From contig CP075494.1 in the NCBI GenBank assembly GCA_021613535.1, positions 9,176,001 to 9,240,000 of the forward strand: a stretch of 64,000 nt of DNA, in the 5' to 3' direction. Position 1 is the stretch's first letter. Every line of letters begins with the position of its first letter. A model generated the notes under the pieces. The model searched no databases. It was given only the letters and a program-made list of their open reading frames with translations, and was not told where the DNA came from. The position numbers and the translations under genes are program-made. Shown in pieces: positions 12,623 to 25,233 of the stretch. This DNA is from Adineta vaga (Eukaryota > Animalia > Rotifera).

Positions 12623-12748
12623 TTATGTATCATAGCAGAAGAAGATCGTACGATTATAATCAAACTTTACTTCATAATCATATCATCGCCCGTGCATATA
12701 TATATATAAAGATGTGTGCAGTATGTAATATGAACTATTGTGAACATA

Positions 12749-13852
12749 ATGTCAGAAACATTAGTAATTCGACGCTCACACGCTGCTGTTCAACAGGAAG
12801 TATCGACGTATAGTTCATTATTTGAAGATGCAAATAATGTTGAGAAACGTCAAGATCAATATAAAACATTAGTATCAAATTATTACAGTTTATCAACTGA
12901 TTTTTTTGAATACGGATGGGGACAAAGTTTTCATTTTGCAAATCGATTTCATGGTGAAACATTAGCTGAATCAATACAACGACATGAATCGTATTTAGCA
13001 TTACGAATGCAAATTAAACCAGGTGATAAAGTGCTTGATCTTGGTTGCGGTGTTGGTGGACCTTTAAGACGTATTGCTCATTTAACTGGAGCACATATTA
13101 CTGGTGTAACGATCAGTGAATATCAAATTCAACGTGCAAAACAAATTGGTAAGTATTTATTGCTCTAATTTGATGTTTTTCAATGCGAAACATTGAATGT
13201 TTTGTTATGTAGGCGTACCAGCTAATTGTCAATTTATTCAATGTGATTTTATGCATTTACCATTTGAAGATAAAAGTTTTGATCATATCTATACAATCGA
13301 AGCTGTATGTCATGCACCGGATAAGGTAAGTTAGATATAAATATTGGTTTGTTGTGGCAAAACTAATTTTTGTAGGTGAAATGTTTTGCTGAAGCAATGC
13401 GTGTATTGAAACCAGGTGGTTCGTTTACTGGATATGATTGGTGTTTAACAGATAAATATGATGGCCGAAATCGAGAACATAACGAAATAAAACGTTTGAT
13501 TGAAGAAGGCGATGGTTTACCTGATTTAAAATCGACACATCATTCAGTTTCTGCTTTGAAATCTGTTGGTTTTAATGTTGAAGACGGTCGAATCATTCCA
13601 GAAGGTGATATACCTTGGTATCAACCACTGAAAGGTGGTGATCCATTTTTTTCACCAAGTAATTTTCGTACAACTTTGATTGGACGTTGCATAACACGAA
13701 ATGGTGTTTGGTTATTGGAAAAACTTGGTGTAGCTGCTCAAGGTAGTCTAGCAGCATTGAATATTCTTGAAAGGGCACGAGAAGGTGTTGTACGTGGCGG
13801 TGAAACTGATATTTTTACACCTTATTTCTTCTTTTTTGCTCGAAGAAATTAA
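12749..13852 (+). CDS. SMT: sterol 24-C-methyltransferase (ERG6/SMT family), 3 exons
   Basis: Exons 12749-13148, 13213-13325 and 13376-13852 carry all four SMT regions: [23 protein letters not shown] (SAM binding), IEAVCHAP and [15 protein letters not shown]-terminus [17 protein letters not shown]. Confidence 0.95.
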
Positions 13853-14038
13853 TTCAAATTACATTAACGATTTTTGTTATTCTTATCTTTCAATTTATTT
13901 GTTTCTTTTCTATATATCGCCAAGAGACAATATCTCACAAACATACAAAAACGTTTGATTAAGATTTTTATTCATGATAGGAAATAAAATGAACGATGAA
14001 AAACAAAACTAGTTAGTTTTACGACACTCTCTGATATA

Positions 14039-15765
14039 TTAGTATTCTAAATTGATTTGATGAAATGAGTGTTGACTAAGTGATGTTAATTCACCGTGAT
14101 CCATCGGTGTATATGTATAGAAATGACGTAGAATATAAAGAACAGGTGCATAAAGTATATTGCTAAGAAAGATAAGAATATTTAATGTAAGAAAATTGGT
14201 ATTATAAACAACGGAACCAGCAACAATTGGACCAATTGCATATGCAAGAGAATATGAAATATCCGCAATTGCATAAACAGATCTAATAAATCAAAGCAAA
14301 GAAATTATAAGTAAATATAAAGTCATGTTCTATGATTACCAACCCATAGACTGATGTATGACGAACATCAACAAGATAAGCAAGTGTTGGTAATAGAGCT
14401 GTATCTACTAGAGCATTTCCTATGACAAGACAATAAACTTAGTATTAAACAGAAAAGAAGTTCTTTTCCTCATACCAAAACAAATTCCACAGATTGGTAT
14501 CATAAGTACAGTAAAAGTTTTACAGAATGGAATTATAACACACATGATACCTTGTAATGCTAATCCAATAGCTGCCAATACCCATTGGTATTTCGGATAA
14601 TATTGATTAAGTTTCACTGTTAAAATTACACCGGTAATATGTGGCAGAAAACCAGGTAACCATATTAAACCCATTTGCCATTCAGTTGCATTCATTTCTT
14701 GTCTCATCCATATTGATATTGTTGGTTCAAGAAAAGCTAAGCCAACATTTGCCTAATAAAACAGAAAAAGATCATATTTAAAATGAGAAGAATAATTATT
14801 TTCATTTACCATTGCTAATGCTCCTGCACATATCAAAATATATGGATCCATTAATAAACGCCAAATGGGTGTTCCCTTTGGTCGATCTGCTGTTGCATTA
14901 GATTCAAATTGAATTCGAGTCGGTTGCATTACAGCAAAGAGAAGTATACCATCAAATAATGCAATTAAAGATAAGATAATAAATGGTACACGTTTACCAA
15001 AGAATTCATACAAGAAACCTAAATATAATATTTATAACATTACATCTAGAAACTTCATTTCGATACATACCACCAAATGGTGGAGCAACCAAGGATCCAA
15101 ATGAAATAAATGCTAATGCAATACCTAATTGTCGACTTCGACTACGTTCATCCTGATATCGATCCGCAATCATTGCTAAAAGAAACGTACTTTCTCTCCC
15201 TCTTCTTGGAATCTTATTTTTAACTAACCTAAACCTGACGTATCAGCAAATGCTGAGCCAGCTCCCTGTAAACTTCGAGCGAAGAAAAGAACTGCATATG
15301 AATTTCCAAATGCAAATATCATTGTCGAAACAAAAATCACTCCAAGTCCAATACACATTGGTATATCATAACCAATTCGATCAATTATTGCTCCACTAAA
15401 TGGATTAATTACTAATTGAACAATTGCTTTCGAAGCAAACAAAAAACCAATTGCTATATCTTCATTTTGTATATGTACAAAATATCCATTTGATATATTC
15501 TTTATTGCATTTGTCCATTCACCAATTCGATTTAAATAATCTGGTATAATCGGTACCTATGACAAAGAAAAAACTCGAACATTGCAATCCAACAGGTTCT
15601 TCAAATACTTACAATGACCATATAAAGCATATTATCAAGTAATAAAGCAATACAAACAATAAACATGATAATATGTGCTTGTCGTTTTGGTACGCTAACA
15701 AGATTTTGTAATACATAGCATAGATTAGATAAATATCCTAGGATTGTATTTGGTATAGATTTCAT
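14039..15765 (-). CDS. VAChT: vesicular acetylcholine transporter (SLC18A3/unc-17), 7 exons
   Basis: Motifs [59 protein letters not shown] and [21 protein letters not shown] (VAChT-type rather than VMAT). Stop TAA at 14041-14039. Confidence 0.93.
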
Positions 15766-16605
15766 TATGATTGATTTCAATCTGAACTTGGAAATTGACA
15801 AATCGTGCAATGATCACATTAATCGATTGTGTGCATCTATGGAAGAAAAGAAATACAAAGAAAATTCATGACAAAGTCGAGATAGTTAGAAAAGGAAATC
15901 AAATCATCATTTGTTCTCTTATTTTTCTGAATAAATGCAAAACGACATTAAGACAGCATCAATGAATGACAAAAAACAACCATATTTTCTTTGATTTAAC
16001 TGATGTGAACAAGTAATTTTGTAGAAAATCGTATGATTAATTGACAATGAACGACTGTTACCTTTTATCGGTGGATGAGTGTGGGTGAATGTATTTATTT
16101 GTTTTAGACAAATAGAATTTTTGATTGAATGTGTAAGATTTCCGTTATTGTCGATCAATAAGGATACAAACGGAAGAAATAATCATTCAAACCTCCGATG
16201 ACGAGACATTTATTATTCAGTAGCGGAAATCATTTGCATAAATAGTTGATCATCAAAAAATCATTTTCTTAATTTTTAACTAAGAAAATACATCATTCCT
16301 ATATGACAATGTTCATAAGTTGTACAATTAAGCGACGTTATTTGTCTGACAGAGTGATATTTTTATTTTAAATAATATATATATAATATGTATATGTATA
16401 TATGTAAAGGAAGAGCTGAGAGCAGAAGAGGTGAAAACTGCTTAGGAAAACACGACAAAACAAGAAAAAAAATAGGAATGAGAAAAATTGCACTGATATA
16501 ATATAGGATTTTAATCAATGACAGAAAGAGAGAAAGAAAACACCGAGTAAAAGAAAAAGAAAAAGAAATGTTATGAAATCATTCTTCAGATCTTTTAGTT
16601 TGTTA

Positions 16606-18450
16606 TCATTTGTTTGATAATTTAAAAATTTGGTCAATTTCTTTGTCTGACCATGGCTGTTGCCATTTGAGATAATGTTGAAAAATTTTTATTGAACGTC
16701 CTTTCTTATTAAGATATGTTGCTAAGCGTTGTTTGAAATTTTCTTCCATATTGCCATGTTTTGATGAGAGATGTAAATTCATACATTCACGTGATAAAAC
16801 AACAAAGAATTCTTCATGTGAACAAGCATGACAACGATAAAAAACATTATGAGTTGACCATTGTTTGGTGATTTCAGTGGAAGAAAGTTGAACCGGAATA
16901 CTTTGATAAGGCGGAATAATTTCCGCAATGACTTCAGTTTTGATCAAACTTTTACGTGTTGACATTCGAGATGGTCGTTTATTTGGAGAATTTTCATCAT
17001 GTTTATTCAAAGAATTCGATAGTTTCTTACGAGATGTTAATTGAGTTTTGTTCACATCTGCTTCGTTTATAACACGAATACGAACTGTACTAGGATTTGA
17101 GATTAATTCTTCAGTTTGAATTGATTCCATTTTTTGTTTTTTCAGAAAAATTGGACTTGGACTTCGGTTGGTTTTTCGTTCTTCGGTAATTGGCATGAAT
17201 GATTCAAGAAGTGGTTCCGTATTCGTTCGGCTAAAATATTTCGAATTCAATTTAGAAATCTATTTCATGTTACATACTCAATTGGCTGTTGATAATCGAT
17301 AATTGTTAAATCTGACTGCACCGGATCGTTTCTTGCAAAAATTGAATTGCTTAATGTTGTTTGTAAAGGCTGTTCTTGTCGAATAGAAGACGATGTTGAC
17401 GATGGTTCAATTCGTCGAATTTTGGCGGGAGTGAAAATTTGTTGATCAGTATGTTGAAATGTTTGAAAATAATTTCTTTTCAAAGTTTTTTGTAGATTTC
17501 TTGTATACTCCGTCATTGTTTGTCGGAGAAGATTCAAAAATGAAAATGCTGTATAAGATACATGATGTTGTTGATCATTACTATTTACAATTATTTGAAA
17601 TTCTTGACTAGCTATTGAATGTATTAAGTGAAAATAAATCTTAATGGTTGATAAATAATTTTCAAAACGATTATTTGTGGAAATTTGTACTAATGAATGA
17701 AAATTTGGATCGAATATTAATGGATAGGAATTATTAGAATTTGTATTTAATCGTTGACGTGATGTTATTTGTGTTGGTAAACGAATTAGACAATTCTTAT
17801 GTTTGAATATAAATGAACTTGTCGACGATTTTTTTACTGTTGAATACTGTTTTTTTAAACGAGCTCGTTTTATACTTGCATAGAAATGCTTTTGTTCACG
17901 TCGAGAATACTTATAAATATGATAGGATGAAGAAGAAGAAGAAGATTTTGTACTGATAGTATTCGACGATTGTTCATGCTCAAATTGATTATCATTCGAA
18001 ATTGATAGGTTACAAATTGCATCATCAAAGGATGATTGTTTCGTGTATGAAATCGACCCATTTGATAATGGAATTTGTAAAAATGGATTTGATGTTTCTT
18101 GAGGTGTATGTGGACTACGTTTAACATTGATTCGATGTAAATTTAACACTACAGAGAGAGAGAAAGAAAAAGATGATGATGATTATGAATGGAAAGAAGA
18201 AAATGATTTACTTTGAAGAATATCTTGATCAGATTTATTCAGTCTAGGTAATCGAAGAGTTTCTGTCGAATTTTTCGTCGAATTTTTCACAAGACATTGA
18301 GAAAAATGAGATACCATGGAAGCACGATTAGGAAATGGATCAAAACAAAAGTGACAGATGAATTGTTGATGTACTAGAACAAAATGTCATGGATAATCCG
18401 AGATATATAAATATGTTTTCGAACGTTCTTATACCTGTTGATGAAGCCAT
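16606..18450 (-). CDS. C2H2 zinc-finger-like protein with long low-complexity linker
   Basis: N-terminal exon FICHFCFDPFPNRASMVSHFSQC, large ORFs 17265-18149 and 16606-17250, and C-terminal YRCHACSH...LHLSSKH. Short GT-AG introns join them. Confidence 0.65.
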
Positions 18451-18602
18451 GAGATATTATTACTAAAAAGGAAACGAAAACACCACCGGAATACTTGTTT
18501 AGTAAAAATTTGTCATCATAATCTACAATAAAAGAGAGAAATTTTATTTAAAAGAGAAAAAAAGATAGATGAAAAGAATTTTTTATATTATTTATTTATT
18601 TT

Positions 18603-19610
18603 CTAACGATAATCTGTGACATTATTTGTTGTTGATGTTTGTTGATCAAATTTAAATGTATCAATAAAATGTCCGGACATTTTTTGTTTTAAAATATGAA
18701 ATAAATGTATATGACGAGAATTAATTTGTGATTGTTGATTTAAATCATATTCTAATTGATCAATATGTTTTAAATCTCTTGCTTGAACAGCTAATGTAAT
18801 CGATTGTAATAAATAAAAAAGTGTTTCATCTAAATATGATGTTGGAATGTTTAATTTTTCATACACTTCCCATGTATATGCATCTAAAGCTTTGGCATAA
18901 TCTGCTCGAAGACGTTGCGGATGTGGTTGAAGTATTAATAACAAAAAAAGACGAAGAATATCATACGATGCTAATAAACGACGATAACTAATATCATTCG
19001 TTGATGTTTTAACTAAACGTTCAATTAGAGTTGTTGTTGTTTGTAAAGCTAAATTGAATTTGTCATTATCAATTCTTATATTAATCAATCGTTGATAGAC
19101 ACAAATTTGTATTGCTAAAAGATCTTGAAAGGAATCAATAGCCATGGAAAAAAGACGTTCACTTTCTTGAAATTTTTCTAACATTTCTAAATGTAAAGCA
19201 ACTTGAAATGTAATTAATCCAGCAAGATAACGTTCATTTTGATCGCGAAGATTTTTTTGTGCTAATTGATAAGTTGATAATGCTAATGAAATATTTTCAT
19301 GATAGGATAAAGTATTGCTTTGATGAATTTGTAATTCTATTTCGATGAAAATTGAAGCAGCTTCAAGTAACATTTGTAATTCACTTGTTGAAGATTTTAA
19401 TTCGGAAAAACAACGAGATGATTGAATTAAACATAGACCAGCATATTCAAGACAATTTTCTTGACGAAATTGACGTGATAACGATTGAAAATCTAAAGCA
19501 GCTTCTGCATATTTCGGCTTACGACTGGTAACGACACCACCAAAACGAACTTTTTTCAATTTATTATAAATCGTACGTAAACGTTCGATATGATCAATCG
19601 ATGGGTCCAT
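18603..19610 (-). CDS. F8A1: 40-kDa huntingtin-associated protein (HAP40/F8A1), intronless
   Basis: IYNKLKKVRF..RKPKYAEAALDF..L..QFRQENCLEYAGLC..SSRC and LFLLLILQPHPQRL match HAP40. Confidence 0.85.
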   Translation of the reverse strand: MDPSIDHIERLRTIYNKLKKVRFGGVVTSRKPKYAEAALDFQSLSRQFRQENCLEYAGLCLIQSSRCFSELKSSTSELQMLLEAASIFIEIELQIHQSNTLSYHENISLALSTYQLAQKNLRDQNERYLAGLITFQVALHLEMLEKFQESERLFSMAIDSFQDLLAIQICVYQRLINIRIDNDKFNLALQTTTTLIERLVKTSTNDISYRRLLASYDILRLFLLLILQPHPQRLRADYAKALDAYTWEVYEKLNIPTSYLDETLFYLLQSITLAVQARDLKHIDQLEYDLNQQSQINSRHIHLFHILKQKMSGHFIDTFKFDQQTSTTNNVTDYR

Positions 19611-21624
19611 TTCGTTAGCAAGCAAAAGTTCTTTACCCGAGAATAAATAAGTTATTATTCGATAGAAGAGAACTTGTTTAGAGTCAATATCGATTGGTTA
19701 ACTATTTATCTGGAAAAACAATTTAGATTATTGGATAGATGACGCTACTAACGCTGTGATTATTCATATAGAACAGATAACGTTCATATAATATATTCTT
19801 TCTACATTTTCAATTTAATGATTTTTAAATCATTGAGTCTGTAAAGTTAAAATTGTTTTTTTTTGTCTCAAAAGTTAATTTCATTCAAGTACTTCTTGAG
19901 AAACATCATCTAAATTTTCCAGTTCTGTTCCTTTTTCTCCCTGTATTATATTATCTTCATGTGCCAATCCACATGGTCTTGATCACGTGGGTTTCTTTTT
20001 AAATTTCATGCCTTCAAGTCATATGACCGACATGTGAAAAAGTTCTTAAAATAATAATGCGTATAATAATTGTGCAATATCTGATTGTATGTCATATACC
20101 TTCGAATATTACATGCTACAATAAAATTATGAAATCATGACAAATAGAATTAATATATGTCATCAATTTCATCACCCGAAGGAAGAATGACACATTTTAT
20201 ATTATAATTCGCCGCGTTATCGAATTTCAGTAATTCTTTTCTTTAGAATAATAATTTTCCGTACACAGGCATCATGTGATGATTGAACTAATGTGATATT
20301 TGAATTCCAATTGAAGACGATGATGAACTCACGAGTTCTTTCACACGACAATTAAACGGTATACCTGACACGTTTTCCGATTCTTACAGAAATGAGTTGT
20401 TGTAGATCATCATGTGGCGACATACTCAAATTAAGTTTTGATAAATGAGATCGAGATAATATCTTTCATGATTGGCAAAGATTGCTTTTATTCTTCGAAG
20501 GACTTAAGTGTATTGTTATTTATAAAAAAAAAGCAAACGGCTCATTTTAAGTGCACCTTTTCTGTGATATATAGATAAGAATAGAATTCAAGTTTGAGAA
20601 TCTTAAACAGCTGCTCGAACGACATAACAAGAATGCTTTATATTCATACGCAATTTTGTTATTTTCTATTTTGATAATCTTCTGTCAATCCGAAACAATA
20701 CGTGACTTTATTGTCACGTAAATATTGATGTATTTATCCTAATATTCTGAAAAAGTGAAGGACATATCTATAAATTCTAAGAATAATATTTACTTCGATA
20801 TTTTTTTCATTCTTATCATATCATATATATTCTATGATTATTTATAACAAGAGTTTTTCTTGAATTAAATATATGTATTGTCTGAATAAAATATACAAGC
20901 GCATTGAAAAAATAAAACTACAACAACAAATGTTGCTCACCGGCAAATAGACGTATTAAAGATTACTTGAATATGTCACACATGCTTTCTTTTCAAGATA
21001 CAATTTCATCACAGTAAGAAATAAAAAAGAAAAACAAACGAGCATAACAATTGATTGTAGATATATACAGAAAAAAAAAGAACAAATGTCCTTTTAATAT
21101 TACACATATGCGCATGTATATTTACGCTAAACTAAAATATCGACTTGGTTGTTATCTTAGACTCTTTCCTCTGGCCAGCAGAAAAGTAGATATAGATATC
21201 ATACTTGAAGCGAAAAATAAAATAAGAATAAGAGAAAGGTACGTTAGAACTCGAGCAAAAAAAAAGAGAAATATACATACACAAACTCCCATATCTTATC
21301 TGAAGTCAAAAGGCTCGAATAACAACAATAAATTTTTTAAAAGAAGATATTTTTTTCTTGTTTATGAAAATTTTTAATTATGTTACCAACATACTAAAAC
21401 ATTTGTGAAAAGAAAAAATCATTTTCAACAACAACAACAAAAACAACAACAACTACTATAAAGATAAATTATGTACATTTGAACATGAATGTTTGCGACT
21501 TTTTCTTTCTCATTTACAATAAATGACATGACTGAATATCTCGAAACGACTGACTTTCTGTACATAACAATCAAGTGAGAAGAAAAAAGAAACAACTAAT
21601 TTACTCATATACATGTACAAACGT

Positions 21625-23172
21625 TTAATATTTAGATTTACGATTACCAGTGGCAGTTGTTGATATTGGAAAGAACGTTTGATGCGTATAGAACGGTGCT
21701 AAACGATCGATATTCATAGGAGTCGGTGTGGGTGGTGAAGCAGATGAAAATGCTGGAATATGATTTTGTTGTTGTTGATGTAAAACACGACGTTGATGAG
21801 GATTTTTACCCGTTGGATGACCATTTGGAGAATGTTTTTGTAATGCTAATGCTTTGTATAAACGATTGAGTTTATAATAATCTATAAAAGAAAAAGAAGA
21901 CAATAAAATTTCTATTCATTAGATGAACAATGTTAATAACTTACATGGATAACTTTCAACATAACCACAATAGCCACTATCGGTCGATTCATTTGATGTT
22001 GTACTATGCATGGATTGAGGAGTATCCGAACGTTCAGGTTGACTATGATTTTCTTCACTATATGAACCTTCATCACTATTATGAACGCTGTTTTCTAATG
22101 GATGTGGTTTTGTTGGAACATTAATTGGAGATGATGAAGACATTTGAAAGATTGGAGCTTGTGGTGATAAAGCTCGTGGTGGTGTAAAAAGTGGACCATT
22201 ATGATACATTGATGGTTGTAAAGTTGGGAATGGTGATGAAGTACGTTGTGGTGTTGATGAACCAGAACAAGTAGGTGAATCACTGGGTGAAATATTTGTT
22301 GGTGATGCTCGCGATGTATTAACGATTGGTATACGAGTTTGTGAGAATAAAGTTTCGAGATCATTATGTATAAGTTCATTTCCATCTTTATCAAAACGGG
22401 CAACAATTAATTGTTGATTATCTTTTGGATGAACATGATTACCCAATCTATAGAAATAAAAACAAAATAGATTAATAAAGGCGAAGTTTTGGATCAGATT
22501 GACATGAATAAAAAGAGTGCCCTGGAAAGTAAGGTTAAAAAGGTCACATGCTCTTTAGAATTTCCCAGGTTTTTCATATAAAGGAAGAACATTAACGAGA
22601 TGAATTGGTAAAAAAACAAGTAGACTCTTCCGTTCTTCTATCATCGTCATTACAGGTAATGACATCATCCTCGTGATTACACCTTGCGCTTGCAATTTAC
22701 GTATGTTTTATCATGGGAAGAAGAGAACAAGAAAGAAAAAGGGAAAAAAAGGTATTAACTTGGAAAATTCTAATCATAAAAACGAAATTTTACCTTATTG
22801 AAACTTCGTATGGATCAATCCATAGTATTAATTCATGTTGAATACCAAGTAATTTCGATGAAAAACCCAATTGTTGACATACTTGAGCTACAATAGCATC
22901 ACAATAATCATTTTCTTTAGTGAATTCAAGTGAACGATATGCTTGTCCTTTGATAGGTTTATCTAAAATTTGACGAAATCAATTAATATGATTTATCATA
23001 AAAATAAAACATCTCACTAAAACCTACCAGAGTACCAATGTCCTTCATAACGTTCAAGTAAAACCTTTTCCAATTGATTACGAAATTGTTCTCTACTTTC
23101 TGGTTTTATCGAACCAAAACGTTCTATATAAGAACATAAGAGATCCAGTGCGACATTAATTTCTTGTTTCAT
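21625..23172 (-). CDS. BTG/Tob antiproliferative family protein, 4 exons
   Basis: MKQEINVALDLL...LLERYEGHWYSDKPIKGQAYRSL (box A) and ELILWIDPYEVSIR (box B), followed by a Ser/Pro-rich tail. Confidence 0.9.
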
Positions 23173-23278
23173 TTTTTGGTACAATATATATATATGTGTA
23201 TGTGTATATTGAAGAATGCTTTCGTAAAATAACAATATCTTGTAACTAAATAGAAATAAATGAATGAATATATGTCGA

Positions 23279-24254
23279 CTTTTATAGTATATAAGTTATG
23301 ACACATATTGCACTCTAGTCATTCTCTTTCTTCTAGATAGAAACGAGAGAAAAAAGAGCGAGAGGGAAGAAAGAAAAAAAGAAAAAAAGAATCATGATCT
23401 GCGAAGGTGTGTGTTTTGGGAGGAAAAGATGAAAGAAAAAAAGCCCATGTTAATGTAATAAACGACGTAATAATCAATTGATGACGAATTAGAGATTATG
23501 AGAAAATATAGAAAGAACGAACAGAAAAAAGGAAGGAGAAATATTTCTCTAGTACTTAAGAAATTTCCATGGATGTTGTTATACTATTTGGACTAGGAAA
23601 CATAATGTTGACGCATAACGATGACAACTCCTGAGTCATTGATAAACAAACGGAGAATGAAACGTAGACAGACAGAAAAAGAAAAAAACAACAACACCAA
23701 CATTGAAGAATATATTTCTTACGTCAGTACATTAACAATGACGTTACATTTTTTTTAAACGAAATCTATCTTATGGAAATATCTAACATACTAGATCTAA
23801 TCGAGTACGTCAAATGATCGTGCACTCATTTTCTTCTTCCATTCGATGGCGAATAGAAAATATCCGATTTTATTATATCACAGAAAAGAAAAACCAACCA
23901 TAATTATATACTTTTCTTCTTTTCAAATATCACGTAATTCCCTTTAGACCAATATCTTAATTTATAATATTTTTTCGTACATATAATTCAATCTACCATA
24001 TGATTTATTAGAATTTGTCTTTGTTTCCTTTTGTTATAACCACTCATTTTTATTCTAAATCACAAGTTGCGAATTGTTTCCAGCTGTGACTTTATCAAAT
24101 TCGTATGGAATCTACCCACACATACATAAATGTTTGTTATCGAACGTGCTGTCGCGCCTACGAATAAGTAAAAAAAAGAGCAAAAGTGCGAAACAACGTC
24201 ATTAAAGTAATCAATAGGTATAAACAAGAAAACGTCACATTATGTATCGCGTCA
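23279..24254 (-). promoter_or_regulatory. BTG promoter: TATA box plus cluster of CRE/ATF half-sites and an AP-1 site
   Basis: TATAAAAG on the minus strand at 23286-23279; TGAGTCA at 23632-23638; TGACG/CGTCA at 23482, 23609, 23722, 23739, 23808, 24197, 24233 and 24250. Confidence 0.5.
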
Positions 24255-25233
24255 TTGTTGTGTAATTTCATTGCCCATACTTATTATGTTAAATATTAAC
24301 TGAAGAGGAAAAAAAACAAATATTTATTCCAGAAAAACAAAAGTCAATTGAATAAAGCAGCTGATTTTCTTGCGCATATGCTCAATAAAAGTAGTTTCAA
24401 GAATCTTCTCGAGGCTTCTAGTATATTATTAATAAGTTCATGAATATTAATTATTTCATTTAATAGATCAACCTAGTTGAATTGAATAAGCTATTGAATA
24501 AAAATAACGAGGAACATTTTAATACGAAAACAATGTTCTTGAAGTTTTTCTTTTATCTCAGTGGAATAACATTTTGTTTTAATTGAATAATGCAGAAAAG
24601 AATAACTATAAACAAGTTTGTAAGTTTGAGGGTGTAACACGCTATGTCTTTACCAAAATTCATTGCATAGCTTAGATTATCAATGCTCTTCTCATAGTAT
24701 GAAGTAGGATTTTTCTTTTCTCACCGATAATGATTGATTCGATTAAACACATGTACATGGTTGTTATAGCACGTACTATAGAGTGATTTAAAACGCATGG
24801 TATTATCTAGATAGATGTGCTTTTTGATACACTCATTTCTTTCTTTGTCTTTTCTGTGAGCATAGTTTCCCCTGGGAATTTTCTGGATTATTCCCATTGA
24901 CTGGACTTGTTTTTTTTTCTGTCTAGAAGGGTGAAAATATTTTATTTTACCTTACGAAGTAGACTGTAGAACACTCCTGACCTCGATCTATGCCGTTCAA
25001 ACTTTAGTTTCTCTGAATGTATTTATTTAAACTCTTTTTTTGCGGATATGAGTATTTCATCCGTCGATAATATTTAAAATGCTGACTATGTGTTTGTTAA
25101 TACTCTTCCTACAGAATGTAGACAAATATTATTTCTTAACATAGGTTATATTTGAAAAGATTTCAATCACTGACATCAGAATTTCTTCGGATTTCTATTC
25201 ATATTATACACATGTATACACGCATAAAAATAA

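Noticed and set aside
20150-20480. Possible decayed coding fragment on the minus strand
   Set aside because: Stops in the frames examined and no identifiable homology.
24600-25100. Faint resemblance to a Tc1/mariner transposase C-terminus
   Set aside because: Too degenerate; no DDE/D motif or TIRs.
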